Of a stretch of DNA of 64,000 nucleotides, positions 29,716 through 40,141 are shown piece by piece. The translations under genes were made by a program, and so were the position numbers. The stretch's first letter is position 1, and every line of letters begins with the position of its first letter. Under the pieces are notes generated by a model, which ran no database searches, was not told where the DNA came from, and saw only the letters and a list, made by a program, of their open reading frames with translations. Origin of the DNA: a virus. The stretch is from positions 32,001 to 96,000 of the IMG/VR virus record IMGVR_UViG_3300029787_000001; one strand, written 5' to 3'.

Positions 29716-31561
29716 GTGAGAGAGGACAACATCGATCCCTTCGCAGCCCAGTTTCCACAGGCAACTGTTGATGAGTGGGTTTATTATCCTAAAACCAAAT
29801 TATGTGGACTAGTTATTGGTGTTGACAACCAAACTGGTTTCATGCAGGTTCATTGTTTCGAAACTATGGATCTAAGATGGCTAACCATTTATAATTTTGG
29901 TCAATATTTGGTTTTATGAATGAAGGTGATCTAGTTAGACTCAAAACACGGTATCCAATTTGGTTATATTCTTATGGTCTCTCTGACGGAGACTTCGGAA
30001 TTATAACCAAAATTGGCGAAGAAGAGGTGGTGGTCTACTGGCTAAAAATCAGAAGACTGTGTTCTGTAAAACCAAATCTCATTGAAGTTGTTCAATAGGA
30101 GAACATAATGAAAGACAAATTTATTATTGGATTGTTTATGGTGAGTGCCTGCTTGACAGCGCTCTCGCTCCACTACAGGCTTAACTCAATCAACACAGAA
30201 GTGAAAAGAGTTCACGTAGAATCAATTGTTTCTTCTGGAAAGGCAATTTATTTGCCTGGAAGTGTGTGCGTGTTAAAAGCCACTTCTGAGATCGATGTAA
30301 GCAAAATGCGCGAATTTGCGGCTGCCTGCATCAACTCACATCAAGAATGGTTGCTAATCAACAACGGCAAAACTAATTACAGTGATGCCACTGAGAAAAC
30401 ACAGCCCTAGTGATTTAAAAGCTGGAATTTTAATCCAAGATATCCAAACAGGAGATCTCGCCCTGTTAATCAAAAGGGTTGACTTATTTGAGTTTGTCGA
30501 AGACGAACAGCCTTTGTGGATTTGGGAAATAACTTGGACAGGTCCAGCCACAGATTCCTATAATCGACACATGCCTTTTATTGAAGAGGCGGTGCTGGGT
30601 CTCCTAGACGGTGGTGTCTGGGAAATAAAAGGCGATGACGGACATTAGTGACTTGCGTGATGCCGCTTCACATGTTATCTTACGTGTGGGTGACATGATT
30701 TATGATGTCCGCACTAAATCACGAGGGTTTCTACGCAAACGAGAAAGAAGAATAGACATCGTGGAAGATGACATCTTCATTTGGTGGATCACTTGGTTTT
30801 CTCAGGACCAAGACACCGGGTTCAACAACGTTGAATACATTGAAGAAGAAGGTCTCAAGATGTCGATTATAATAGGACTCGTAGAAATCAACAGCATCAA
30901 ACAAGGAGAATAAGATGCCCAACTGGAATGTTTACAAGGTGTTTGCTAGCGGCAAAAGGGCTAAAAGTCCTTACACAACTTTCGAAGCTGACAAGGCTCA
31001 GCATTTTTTTGAAAACATTCTTCCCACGCTCACACCAAAGCTGAAGAAGTCTAGCTGGGTCATTCTTGATGTAGAGGCATCACAGGAGCGCCCAGAAGGT
31101 GGCACGATGACCGAAGAGGACTTGGTTACAAAAAAGCGTAATCGCTTTCTAACTGGCATCGCCGTAGAAAAATTCCCAGACATCGCTGATAAGGGCGTCT
31201 CCACCTGTCTTATGATGAATGAGGGGACAGATTGGAAATGGGCTTGGTGCTTGGCTGAAGGGGCTACCCATAAGTTTATTGGCTTCTTGTCTGAAAAGTT
31301 TGACACTAGAAAGGAGGCTGTTGCGTGGATAGAGGAGGTTGGCACTTAGCCCACAAAATAGGAGACCTAATAAAAGTGGTGGAAAGAACTACAATAAACC
31401 TTCATAATGTAACCACAGAAATTGGTGATTTGGGAGTTGTTGTAAGTTGCCCAAAAGAAACAAGAGGAATCTTGTTTGTTGAAGTCTACATGGTTAGGAC
31501 AGGCACAGTGCGATGGTTCTCGCCACAAGAAATAGATATAATTTCCAACATAGACGAGTAG
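29716..31561 (+). other. Small hypothetical and KOW-like ORFs (29716-29919, 29916-30098, 30108-30410 TM, 30382-30648, 30635-30913, 30915-31349, ~31325-31561)
   Basis: ORF track, coupling, GDL motifs. Confidence 0.55.
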
Positions 31562-31758
31562 CTCTCTATTTATTAATAGAGGGTTTTCGCAATGAAGCAG
31601 ACCAATAGTTTTGTCGATTCCATGTCTCTGACATGTGTTTTGATAAACATTGGTCTGTTCTTATTTGCGTGCTGGTCTGGCTATTTACAAATACAACTAC
31701 TAGCACTATTTAATGTTGCTTGTTTTTTATTGTATTTTCTTATACTGGGGCGTAAATA

Positions 31759-32901
31759 ATGTATCAAAAATTTTGGAACCAGTTCTTGGTTGAGCAAGAT
31801 GAGCTTGCTAGACCCACATTTAATGTAAGTGATGTCGCGTCTACAAGACCAGAGCCCGCACCAACACGTTCTTATCCATCTCCCTACACCACAGGTGTTG
31901 GGGCTTATTTGCTTTCCAAGGGTTATGATCTAGACAGCAAACTTGGTGGTGGCTTCGATGGAGAGGTCTACGCAGCGATAAATAAAAAAACAGGACAGAA
32001 GGTTGCTGTAAAATTTGTGCCCAGAACAACAATGGGCGACATGAATAGAGAGGCAGAAAATTATAAATTTATCAAAGACAATCGCGCCGCACTAGGCAAA
32101 TACGCTAAGCATTTTCCTGTTGTCTACTCTTCAACGATAGAGGAAGTTCCTTTAAAAAGGGAGCCAATTGGTGGAAGAAAAATGGAAAACGCTGTAATCT
32201 TCATGGAAGAATTAGAGCCATTGCCAGACGTTGTCGCTAGAAGTCTATTTCCAGCCAGTGGACACGGAGAGAAGACAACAAGAGCCAGAGAGCTAAGGGA
32301 TGAAAAACTGTTATCCAACCCCAATCTTGTAGAAAATCTCTTATCCTTGGTTTTTACAAGTTTAGAAAACTCTAATGCTTGGCTTCCTACCATAACTGTT
32401 GACATGGAGCTTGAAGTAATTCCAAAAGTTGTAGAAGAATTTTTTACTTCCAATAAGTCTTTCGACACGCCTGCTGTTGAGCGTCAAATCTCGATAACCA
32501 AAAAAGGCAAAAGGCTTATGTCTGTGTTTATTCATTTTTTGTTTGAGTCAATGGAAGAAAATGCTAAGGATGACGCAGAGAAGTCATTACTCATCGACTA
32601 CCAGCAGAACATAAAGCAAACATTGATGAACATGTTCTTGAAAGCTTACGCAAGATCTTTGGTTTCCGGTGGCGCCGGAGGCGCATTAAAGTCTTACTCA
32701 ACTCTACAGGGAATGGATCAGTATCCACTCGCAAAGTCTGAGTTGGAAGGCGAATTTCCAGAGACAACAGGCATTCGCGCTGCTATGGAAGAGCTTGGCA
32801 TGATCGGTCTAAAGCCCTTTGATGTTCACATGGGTAATGTTATGATGCGCCCCAGAACAAATGAGATTGTAATTGTTGATCTTGGAAGATTCAAAAAGTG
32901 A
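31759..32901 (+). CDS. Ser/Thr protein kinase-like protein with a variant leader (MYQKFWNQFLVE)
   Basis: LGGGFDGEVY, VAVK, REAENY, DVHMGNVM, IVDLG. Confidence 0.8.
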   Translation: MYQKFWNQFLVEQDELARPTFNVSDVASTRPEPAPTRSYPSPYTTGVGAYLLSKGYDLDSKLGGGFDGEVYAAINKKTGQKVAVKFVPRTTMGDMNREAENYKFIKDNRAALGKYAKHFPVVYSSTIEEVPLKREPIGGRKMENAVIFMEELEPLPDVVARSLFPASGHGEKTTRARELRDEKLLSNPNLVENLLSLVFTSLENSNAWLPTITVDMELEVIPKVVEEFFTSNKSFDTPAVERQISITKKGKRLMSVFIHFLFESMEENAKDDAEKSLLIDYQQNIKQTLMNMFLKAYARSLVSGGAGGALKSYSTLQGMDQYPLAKSELEGEFPETTGIRAAMEELGMIGLKPFDVHMGNVMMRPRTNEIVIVDLGRFKK

Positions 32902-33347
32902 AGGAGATTATAAACGAATGGAGGCAATTTATGACAGAGCGTAATAATAGAGAAGTTGGTTCTTGCGTAATTATAGATAATAAAGATAGAGTCTTAGTGC
33001 TCTTGAGGGGAAGCACTGATCCCTGGAAGCCGGGTTGGTGGGATTTGCCGGGCGGTCATCTTGATGGAAATGAAACTCCAATCGAAGGAGCTATCAGAGA
33101 AACCATCGAAGAGTGCGGATTGACTGTCAGGAATCTACAAAAGGTAGCAGTAAGACCAATGGGGCGCATTGTAAAATACTTTTTTGCTACTCGTGATTAT
33201 GATGGCGTGATTTCTCTAAATCCAAATCCAGAAACCGGAGTTATTGAACACGACGAGTTTAAATGGATGTCATTAGAAGAGCTTTCGGACATTCAGAAGT
33301 CAATTGTCCCACTTTCAGTAGTAAGGGGAGCCATGAATCTTGTATGA
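32898..33347 (+). CDS. Nudix hydrolase with leader MKEIINEWRQFMTE
   Basis: GGHLDGNETPIEGAIRETIEECG Nudix box. Confidence 0.9.
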   Translation: MKEIINEWRQFMTERNNREVGSCVIIDNKDRVLVLLRGSTDPWKPGWWDLPGGHLDGNETPIEGAIRETIEECGLTVRNLQKVAVRPMGRIVKYFFATRDYDGVISLNPNPETGVIEHDEFKWMSLEELSDIQKSIVPLSVVRGAMNLV

Positions 33348-33675
33348 ATATAAAGCGATATGCGAAAGAGTCGTCGATGGAGACACAATCGATGCTCGTG
33401 TCGATCTTGGATTTAAAATGTGGACACATATCCGAATCCGTCTCTATGAAATAGACGCCCCAGAGTCTAGAACCAGAGATTTAAATGAAAAAGCTAAAGG
33501 TCTTAGGTCAAAGGCTTATCTCAAAACAATAATGGACTCCTGCGGCGGCAAATTCACACTTAAGTCTCACGGAGTTGGGAAGTTTGGAAGATGCTTAGGC
33601 ACTATTTATGTCCATGGCGAAAACATCAATGAAAGATTGATTACCGAAGGGTACGCCAAGAGGTACGAAAAATGA
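33340..33675 (+). CDS. Thermonuclease (SNase-like)
   Basis: RVVDGDTI, IRLYEIDAPE, GKFGRCLG, LITEGYA. Confidence 0.88.
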   Translation: MYEYKAICERVVDGDTIDARVDLGFKMWTHIRIRLYEIDAPESRTRDLNEKAKGLRSKAYLKTIMDSCGGKFTLKSHGVGKFGRCLGTIYVHGENINERLITEGYAKRYEK

Positions 33676-33968
33676 TTTTTTTATTTATTCTCGCGATTAG
33701 CGCGATGGCAGAAGAGCCAAGGGAGCCAGAAGACAAGTCTGCGGACATTTATCGAAGCTATTGTGTAAGCTGCCACGGTGAAAACGTAGAAAAAATTCCC
33801 CTTAACCCCGAAAGCACTGCCGAACAAAGAATTGTGGCTGTAAGCTTGGGGGTTTCTAGCATGCCACCTTATAATTGGATGTTGGGAGATGAGGAAGTCA
33901 AGAGGGTGATCAAGTTCATGGAGCAGTTACAGGCAAATGGGCGAATAGAAGACCCCCAGGCACCATAA
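33672..33968 (+). CDS. Small c-type cytochrome with signal peptide
   Basis: YCVSCHG heme motif, SMPP axial Met. Confidence 0.75.
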   Translation: MIFLFILAISAMAEEPREPEDKSADIYRSYCVSCHGENVEKIPLNPESTAEQRIVAVSLGVSSMPPYNWMLGDEEVKRVIKFMEQLQANGRIEDPQAP

Positions 33969-34163
33969 AAATGCTTTAAAAAGCTTTCCCGTCACCTACA
34001 TCGCTTTATTTTTTTATAACAACAAGGGGCATTTGAGGGCTACATTTTGTGATCTATCTAAAAAAGCACAAATAGACCAAACAGCCGTCAGAATCGGCAA
34101 GAAACACCATCATGAGAGGCGACAACAAAGAAACTGAAAGGCAACTTGACTATTTAAGAATGT

Positions 34164-34487
34164 ATGGAGGGCTTTACAATGCCTGAAAATTATAATCAAC
34201 TCGTTTTAGCACAACTACAATCACTCTCACAGGCTATCGAAGCCCTCCGTGGCGATCTGCAACTGGTTCGTCAAGAGATTACTGAGATAAAAGCCAAAGA
34301 AGACAAGGTCGTCGAGCTTCGTGAATGGAAACAGAAGGTAGATGAGGTCGCATCCCCTACTCAACTGGCTAAATTCGTGCAAGACATCCAAGATTTAAAC
34401 AATTTCAAGACAAAAGCAGTCACAATCTTTGCCGTAGTGCAGTTTGCTATGGGTGCTGTGCTGTTTGCGATGAATTTCATTAGTTGA
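34164..34487 (+). CDS. Coiled-coil protein with C-terminal TM helix (holin or membrane accessory candidate)
   Basis: Heptads then AVTIFAVVQFAMGAVLFAM; CTATTTA upstream. Confidence 0.5.
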   Translation: MEGFTMPENYNQLVLAQLQSLSQAIEALRGDLQLVRQEITEIKAKEDKVVELREWKQKVDEVASPTQLAKFVQDIQDLNNFKTKAVTIFAVVQFAMGAVLFAMNFIS

Positions 34488-34529
34488 CAAATTTAATAAT
34501 AATGTTAAATTAAACACATAGGAGCCATT

Positions 34530-35517
34530 ATGATTGAATTAGGCGATTATGTAGCACAAATGCACCCATGTGAAACCATGTCTTTAAAGAAAGGTGTTGT
34601 GGTGGGTTCTTGCAAAGAGTCTTTTACCATTCAATGGCTCTCATATAACAAGGATTTTTGGATGGAGTTCGAAGGCGAACAGTTTAAAGAGCTTAATGAC
34701 CGCTATTTACTAACAAAGATGTCTTATCATCGAACCAATTACAATGTAGACATTGCGGTTTTAAGTAAAGCAGGTGAAAATGGCGTGGGATGAACTTGAT
34801 ACTGACAGGATAGAACAAATTGTTCGACAAATTAGCGGCAAAAAGCTAGATAAGTCGAAAAAATTGGTCTCACCGGCTATGATCAAGGGTACCGGCATCG
34901 TTTATCTGTGGGCTCCTACAAAGAAGACACTCCTGAAGGTCAACAGGGGCGTCAGAGTCTATGTTGTTAGTTATGATATGGACGAAAAAGACAGAATTTT
35001 GGTCTATGATGGCTACAATCTTCTTGCAATCCATCCCGATGAAATAGAAGAGATAGGATTTAATTAAAATGATACTTCAAATCACAAAATTTTCAAAAAC
35101 TTTGCTAACAATATTGATATTTTGGGTATTTTATGCCGCTTTTGGTTTTGAGATCACTGTTGTGACGCTAATGGCAGCTATTTTAGGCAATTTTTGGCAA
35201 AACACTGGCTTATTAGTGTAAAAAACACTTTTTTGATCGCTACTTACACCTGAATAATGGAAGAAAAGAACAATTTCGGTGAAATAGCATCAAAAAACAT
35301 CAAAATTGGTGACATTGTAGCTTGGTCCAAGTGGAATTCGCAAGAATCTGAGTGGAAACAGCTACTTGGAGTCGTTCTAGAGGTCAAAAACACCATTTTA
35401 TCCAATAGGATGGTGTGCGTTACTATGGTAATGCCCCTAAAAGAGCCCAAAATACCCATAGAATTGTTCACTTTTTCCCTCAAACTAGTCTCTTCGGGGA
35501 GCAAAAAAGGGGTATAA
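34530..35517 (+). other. Hypothetical and KOW-like ORFs (34530-34793, 34774-35067, 35257-35517)
   Basis: ORF track. Confidence 0.55.
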
Positions 35518-35518
35518 A

Positions 35519-35851
35519 ATGGATGTAATCGACCACATAGCAATAAAGGTAAGTGATTTAGAAGAAGCAGAGTCTTGGTATACCGAGCAATTAAATGGTG
35601 AAGTGTCCTTTCGAGACCACAAGTATGTAAGATTGAAGCTTGGAAACACCAACATTGCTCTTATAGACGAGAAATACTACCCGCATGCTCACATAGGCAT
35701 TATTGTGGAGAAAAAAGAAGACCTCCCGGTAGGTGACGAAAGGGTAGAGCACCGCGATGGCACCATTGGAGTCTACGTCAAAGACCCATTTGGGAACTAT
35801 ATAGAATATATTTGGTATTCTCAAGACCAAAGTGAGACGTTCCTCAAATGA
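35519..35851 (+). CDS. VOC/glyoxalase family protein
   Basis: IDHIAIKVSDLEEAESWY, HIGIIV, YVKDPFGNYIE. Confidence 0.88.
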   Translation: MDVIDHIAIKVSDLEEAESWYTEQLNGEVSFRDHKYVRLKLGNTNIALIDEKYYPHAHIGIIVEKKEDLPVGDERVEHRDGTIGVYVKDPFGNYIEYIWYSQDQSETFLK

Positions 35852-36735
35852 AAGATACGCTTAAGCCCCTAATGGACCAGTTTATGCCCTTCGCCCAAAA
35901 GCGAATGGGTTTCCATAAGCCACCACGCATCTTCTTGCGTGACGACCCCCAAAATGCGCAGAACCCACTGGGCAAGACCGCGTACTACGACCCAGAGCAA
36001 ATGTCGGTGACCCTTTACATCAGTGGGCGTCACCCAAAGGATGTTATGCGTTCACTATCACACGAGTTGGTTCACCACACTCAGAACTGTAATGGCGAGT
36101 TTGATGGTGCCTCTGAAATGGGTGAAGGCTACGCTCAAAAAGACGAACACTTGCGTGAAATGGAACGGCAGGCTTACGAGCAGGGCAATTTGTGCTTTCG
36201 CGACTGGGAAGATAGCATAAAGAACACTATTTACAATGAATCTTTGCAAAAAGGAGCAAAAAAGAAAATGTCTATAAAAGATTGGAAGAACAATGAGTTA
36301 AAAACTCTACTATCAGAACAGTGGGGATTTTCTTTTAATCTCCTCAACGAATCTCAGGAAGAAGTTGTCGAAGAGGCAGCCGAGGACGAAACTCTTAACG
36401 AAGAGGAAGAAGAGCTTGACGAAGTAGCGGCGTCTTCTGGTCGTCAGTCACCCCACGCAGATCGACGTGGTGATGATGAACGTAAGCGCCCAATGGAAGA
36501 GGCTGAAAAACCTGACTTTCCTGATGTGGATGGCGATGGCGACAGAGAAGAGCCAATTTCCAAAGCTTCTAAGGAAAAAAAGGAAGACAATGGTGACGAG
36601 AAGTCTGATAAAGACATGTCTAAGGTCCCGCCTCAACTTCGCAAGCACGTTAAGGGCAAGATGGACGAAGCCCAGATTCGTAGTCTTATCCGCAAACTCG
36701 TCAAAGAAGCAATGATAAAGAACACCAACAAGTGA
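35848..36735 (+). CDS. HExxH metallopeptidase-like domain with acidic tail
   Basis: RSLSHELVHHTQ, EREA-like ERQAYEQGN, PDVDGDGD. Confidence 0.65.
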   Translation: MKDTLKPLMDQFMPFAQKRMGFHKPPRIFLRDDPQNAQNPLGKTAYYDPEQMSVTLYISGRHPKDVMRSLSHELVHHTQNCNGEFDGASEMGEGYAQKDEHLREMERQAYEQGNLCFRDWEDSIKNTIYNESLQKGAKKKMSIKDWKNNELKTLLSEQWGFSFNLLNESQEEVVEEAAEDETLNEEEEELDEVAASSGRQSPHADRRGDDERKRPMEEAEKPDFPDVDGDGDREEPISKASKEKKEDNGDEKSDKDMSKVPPQLRKHVKGKMDEAQIRSLIRKLVKEAMIKNTNK

Positions 36736-36883
36736 TGGATAAAGAGCATAGAAAGTCTGTATCTCGAAAAAAAGAACAGGCTTCTGTGCCAGCTTCACAT
36801 CCACCACGTCAGGTTTCAAACTCTGAAATGATTGAGAGGCTTAAAGAAATGGTAAACCAAACAAAACAACAAAAGGAGGAATC

Positions 36884-37126
36884 ATGATGTCAAAGTGGCG
36901 TGATTTTCTTGATGGCACAAGACCCAGCCGAGACCTTGAGAGTCTTCTTGAGACTTTAATAGCAGATTTAAATTTATTGAAACCAAGAACGCTAAATGAA
37001 GAAGCCAAGAAGTCTTCAATGGAAGAGATTGTTTGTGAGATTAGATTAAAGATGCGACAGTTGAAGCATGATAATAAAGTCCTCCAAAACAAGATAGCAA
37101 TTCTTGAGGAAGATTTAGACCTATAG
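36884..37126 (+). CDS. Small coiled-coil protein, leader-like SKWRDFL
   Basis: ORF track, RBS. Confidence 0.55.
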   Translation: MMSKWRDFLDGTRPSRDLESLLETLIADLNLLKPRTLNEEAKKSSMEEIVCEIRLKMRQLKHDNKVLQNKIAILEEDLDL

Positions 37127-37135
37127 GAGCCTCTT

Positions 37136-37909
37136 ATGTCCGATCTTTATAACAGCATAGATGAACTCATGCTTGAGTTAGAAGACGAAAATGGCGATCC
37201 TGTGGGTCGTCGCACTGTTGCTGTTGTTCCGGGCGCTTTCAGACCCCCACATTTAGGGCACGTTGGCTTAGTTGAGCAGTATGCTGATAAAGTAGACGAG
37301 GTTGTGGTCTTGGTGTCTTCTGCTCTCAAGGGAAACCGAGGAATTGGTGAAAATTCAATCTCTGCACAGCAGTCAAAGCAGGTGTGGCAAGAACTATTGT
37401 CAGACAGGGGCTTGTCCAATGTTCGAGTAGAAGTTTCACCACAGCCAACCAGAGCCTCCGCAATCTTGGAGTACATTGGAGAAGGCGGACCTCTTGAGCA
37501 CGGAACCGAGGTGATTCTTGGTATCGGTAACACAGGTGGTTCTATGGAAAGATACGAGTCGATTTGTAAACATGCCAAGCGAGGCGTCAGCATTGCACCA
37601 ATCTCAGAGACTGCTATGCAGCCCGTAACAAGACCTTCTGGTGAGCCGTATAGAACCGCAGATGTTCGTAAAATCTTAGATGAGGGTGGAGATGCCGATG
37701 AGTTTTTTGGAGAAGGCAGGACAAGTTCTGTGCGCTCTATTCTTGGAATGATAGAAGAGATGTCTTCTATGGCTGGAGGTGCTGTAGGCGGGTATGGTGC
37801 GCCGCTTGGCACAAGAGCCAGGAAAAAGAAGAAACAAAGTGAGTACAATGAGTTATACTTGTACAAAGAGGTCCTAAGACTACTTATGAAAGAAGGTATT
37901 ATCAAATGA
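37136..37909 (+). CDS. HxGH nucleotidyltransferase (cytidylyltransferase-like)
   Basis: PGAFRPPHLGH. Confidence 0.7.
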   Translation: MSDLYNSIDELMLELEDENGDPVGRRTVAVVPGAFRPPHLGHVGLVEQYADKVDEVVVLVSSALKGNRGIGENSISAQQSKQVWQELLSDRGLSNVRVEVSPQPTRASAILEYIGEGGPLEHGTEVILGIGNTGGSMERYESICKHAKRGVSIAPISETAMQPVTRPSGEPYRTADVRKILDEGGDADEFFGEGRTSSVRSILGMIEEMSSMAGGAVGGYGAPLGTRARKKKKQSEYNELYLYKEVLRLLMKEGIIK

Positions 37910-38685
37910 AAAATCCAGAAGATCTACTAAGAGAGAATGTAAGAGATTTGATCTCTCTTGTCAAGAACAAAAATAAAAATACTCAATCTGAAGAGCAGCA
38001 GCTAAGAACCATAATTCGTGAGTTTTTGCAGCATGAGCTAAAAGAAAGCTCTACTCCCGATAACGATCCTGCACCCCATAAGTCCACTGGCATCAACGTG
38101 CTTGAGGATCTTCTCAAGAAGATTATTCCTCAGATTGAAGATGACTATAAGCTTCTTACGACTTCTGAAGAGCAACGTGAGTCTTACAGGTCACACATCA
38201 TCGATGCTGTGGTCAAAACTCTAACTCCTGTTGATCTTAACAACGACGCTCCAGAACAAGCCTCAGATAGTGCTGGGCTAGAAGAAGAGATTGATGTTGA
38301 GATTTCTGATGACGATGAGAAAGAAGATGATATGTTTATCGACATTAATCCCGAGGAGCCAGAAGAAGAGAAAGAGGAGGAGGATCCAAGAGATTCATTC
38401 GGTATCGAAGGTAAGGATACCACAGGTCGCAACATGGCGTATAACACTTTTAAGAAAGTGCAAACTCAAGTTATCGATTCTTACGACATGCTCTCTAATC
38501 CCGAAGATCAAGAAATTTTCTTTGACTACCTGATTGCGAACCTTAAGCTATACTTTGATAAGTTTGAGGCAGAGATCCAACCTGATGTTGAAGAGCCCAC
38601 TAACCAAGCTTATGATTCTGCTAAACAAGAAGAGCCTGCTGGTGGGGGGGAAGAAGGCGAAGAGACTTTAGATCTCGAAATTTAA
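37906..38685 (+). CDS. Acidic hypothetical protein (possibly virion-associated)
   Basis: EQQLRTIIREFL, strongly acidic. Confidence 0.6.
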   Translation: MKNPEDLLRENVRDLISLVKNKNKNTQSEEQQLRTIIREFLQHELKESSTPDNDPAPHKSTGINVLEDLLKKIIPQIEDDYKLLTTSEEQRESYRSHIIDAVVKTLTPVDLNNDAPEQASDSAGLEEEIDVEISDDDEKEDDMFIDINPEEPEEEKEEEDPRDSFGIEGKDTTGRNMAYNTFKKVQTQVIDSYDMLSNPEDQEIFFDYLIANLKLYFDKFEAEIQPDVEEPTNQAYDSAKQEEPAGGGEEGEETLDLEI

Positions 38686-38705
38686 TTTGACACTTTTGAG
38701 TTTGC

Positions 38706-39068
38706 TTGTTAGTATCTTTTATGAAGAAGAGAAGATCACAATATAAATATAAAAGTATAATTAATAATTTATTATCTAATAATATTATAAATGAAAGTAA
38801 CTTAACATTTATTGATAGCATGTCTTTAGAAGATTTGATTGCTGTTAAACTAGAGCTTTCAGCAAGACACATTAATAATAAACTTTATGCTTTTAATCTG
38901 TTGTCAAATACTAATAGACTAGTTAAAGAAGCAATAATCAAATTTGCTATCAGTGCTACTGACACTAAAGTAGACGCTGCTAGATTTCTTGGTTTAGATT
39001 ACGAAGGCTTACACCGACTAGTTAGGGAGTATAACCTTCAGGAATACTTTGATGAAATTAATAATTGA
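38706..39068 (+). CDS. Protein with a Fis-type C-terminal HTH
   Basis: IIKFAISATDTKVDAARFLGLDYEGLHRLVREY. Confidence 0.55.
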   Translation: MLVSFMKKRRSQYKYKSIINNLLSNNIINESNLTFIDSMSLEDLIAVKLELSARHINNKLYAFNLLSNTNRLVKEAIIKFAISATDTKVDAARFLGLDYEGLHRLVREYNLQEYFDEINN

Positions 39069-39744
39069 AAGCTTTAGAAAGTTCTTGACAGAACAAAACT
39101 TTATTTCTGACATTCCATTAGAACAAGATGAAGAAGGTAACATCATTCTCTACCATGTTTCAGGGGCTGAAGACATAGAAGAATTAGACCCCGAAGTGGC
39201 AGCAAGAAACCTGAAGAACTACACTACAGCGGAATATAGAAGCTGGGATAGACCAAGGGTTTTCTTTTTTACTCGTCTCGGACAAGAAGACACTGGCATT
39301 GGTCAAATACAGGGTGTCCCTTACCGTGTTAGATTACGTCCAAACCAACTCTATCCGATTATGGACGACCCAGCAGGCTTGTCTTCAAAGCAAATGCAAC
39401 AGGAATGGATGACCGAGAACGTTCCAGAGTTTGCTGAGAAAATAGGTGAAGCTAAAAAGTGCTCCTCAGATGAGAAATATAACCAGTGGCACATCTGTTC
39501 CAAGACTTCTGATTCTGACGGACTCTACTACACAGAGAAGAGGCACGCTGGTAAAGTCTTCTTGGTAGATGACCCTGGATTCCACCATCTTAAGCCGAAC
39601 ACATATGAAATGGTTGCCAAGTTAGCGGAAGAGCGTTATAATAGCATAGGGTTCATTTACCCACAGAGCGGCGAAGAGAAAAACCAAATCGTTGCCTTGT
39701 GGAGAAAAGCCCCAGCAGAAAAACTAGACAAAGAATTTTATTAG
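39052..39744 (+). CDS. Leader protein (MKLIIESFRKFLTE) with possible ADP-ribosyltransferase-like cargo
   Basis: IILYHVS...RVFFFT pattern; inference only. Confidence 0.45.
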   Translation: MKLIIESFRKFLTEQNFISDIPLEQDEEGNIILYHVSGAEDIEELDPEVAARNLKNYTTAEYRSWDRPRVFFFTRLGQEDTGIGQIQGVPYRVRLRPNQLYPIMDDPAGLSSKQMQQEWMTENVPEFAEKIGEAKKCSSDEKYNQWHICSKTSDSDGLYYTEKRHAGKVFLVDDPGFHHLKPNTYEMVAKLAEERYNSIGFIYPQSGEEKNQIVALWRKAPAEKLDKEFY

Positions 39745-39752
39745 GAGGAACC

Positions 39753-40001
39753 ATGATTGGCAAGACTGTCTGGACTACATTTGGAAACAATGTGATTCGT
39801 TTTGGAACAGTGATAGAACAAGATGTTTGTGATGTTTGGACTTACGTTAAGGTAAATTGGGTTGATGATGACGCTCATGACATGGATCGTCAGAGAGTTT
39901 TAGAGATGAGAGGCTATGATAAGTACAACGACTGGTATAGAATCGATAAAGTGTCAATTTTTGACAAGAGCGAACTAATTAAGACAGTTAACAAATTATA
40001 A
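39753..40001 (+). CDS. SH3-like hypothetical protein
   Basis: GGAGG RBS; MIGKTVW. Confidence 0.6.
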   Translation: MIGKTVWTTFGNNVIRFGTVIEQDVCDVWTYVKVNWVDDDAHDMDRQRVLEMRGYDKYNDWYRIDKVSIFDKSELIKTVNKL

Positions 40002-40141
40002 GAATGGTGTTCTGCCCTGACCGGCTCGGCGGGGATTTTATGGTAATTGGGTCCATGCCTATCACGACCCATCGGAGTGCAAACCCGTAATTAAAATGTA
40101 AGCTAGCTGCGGTGAGCAAGAGACCCGCAACCGAGTCATAA

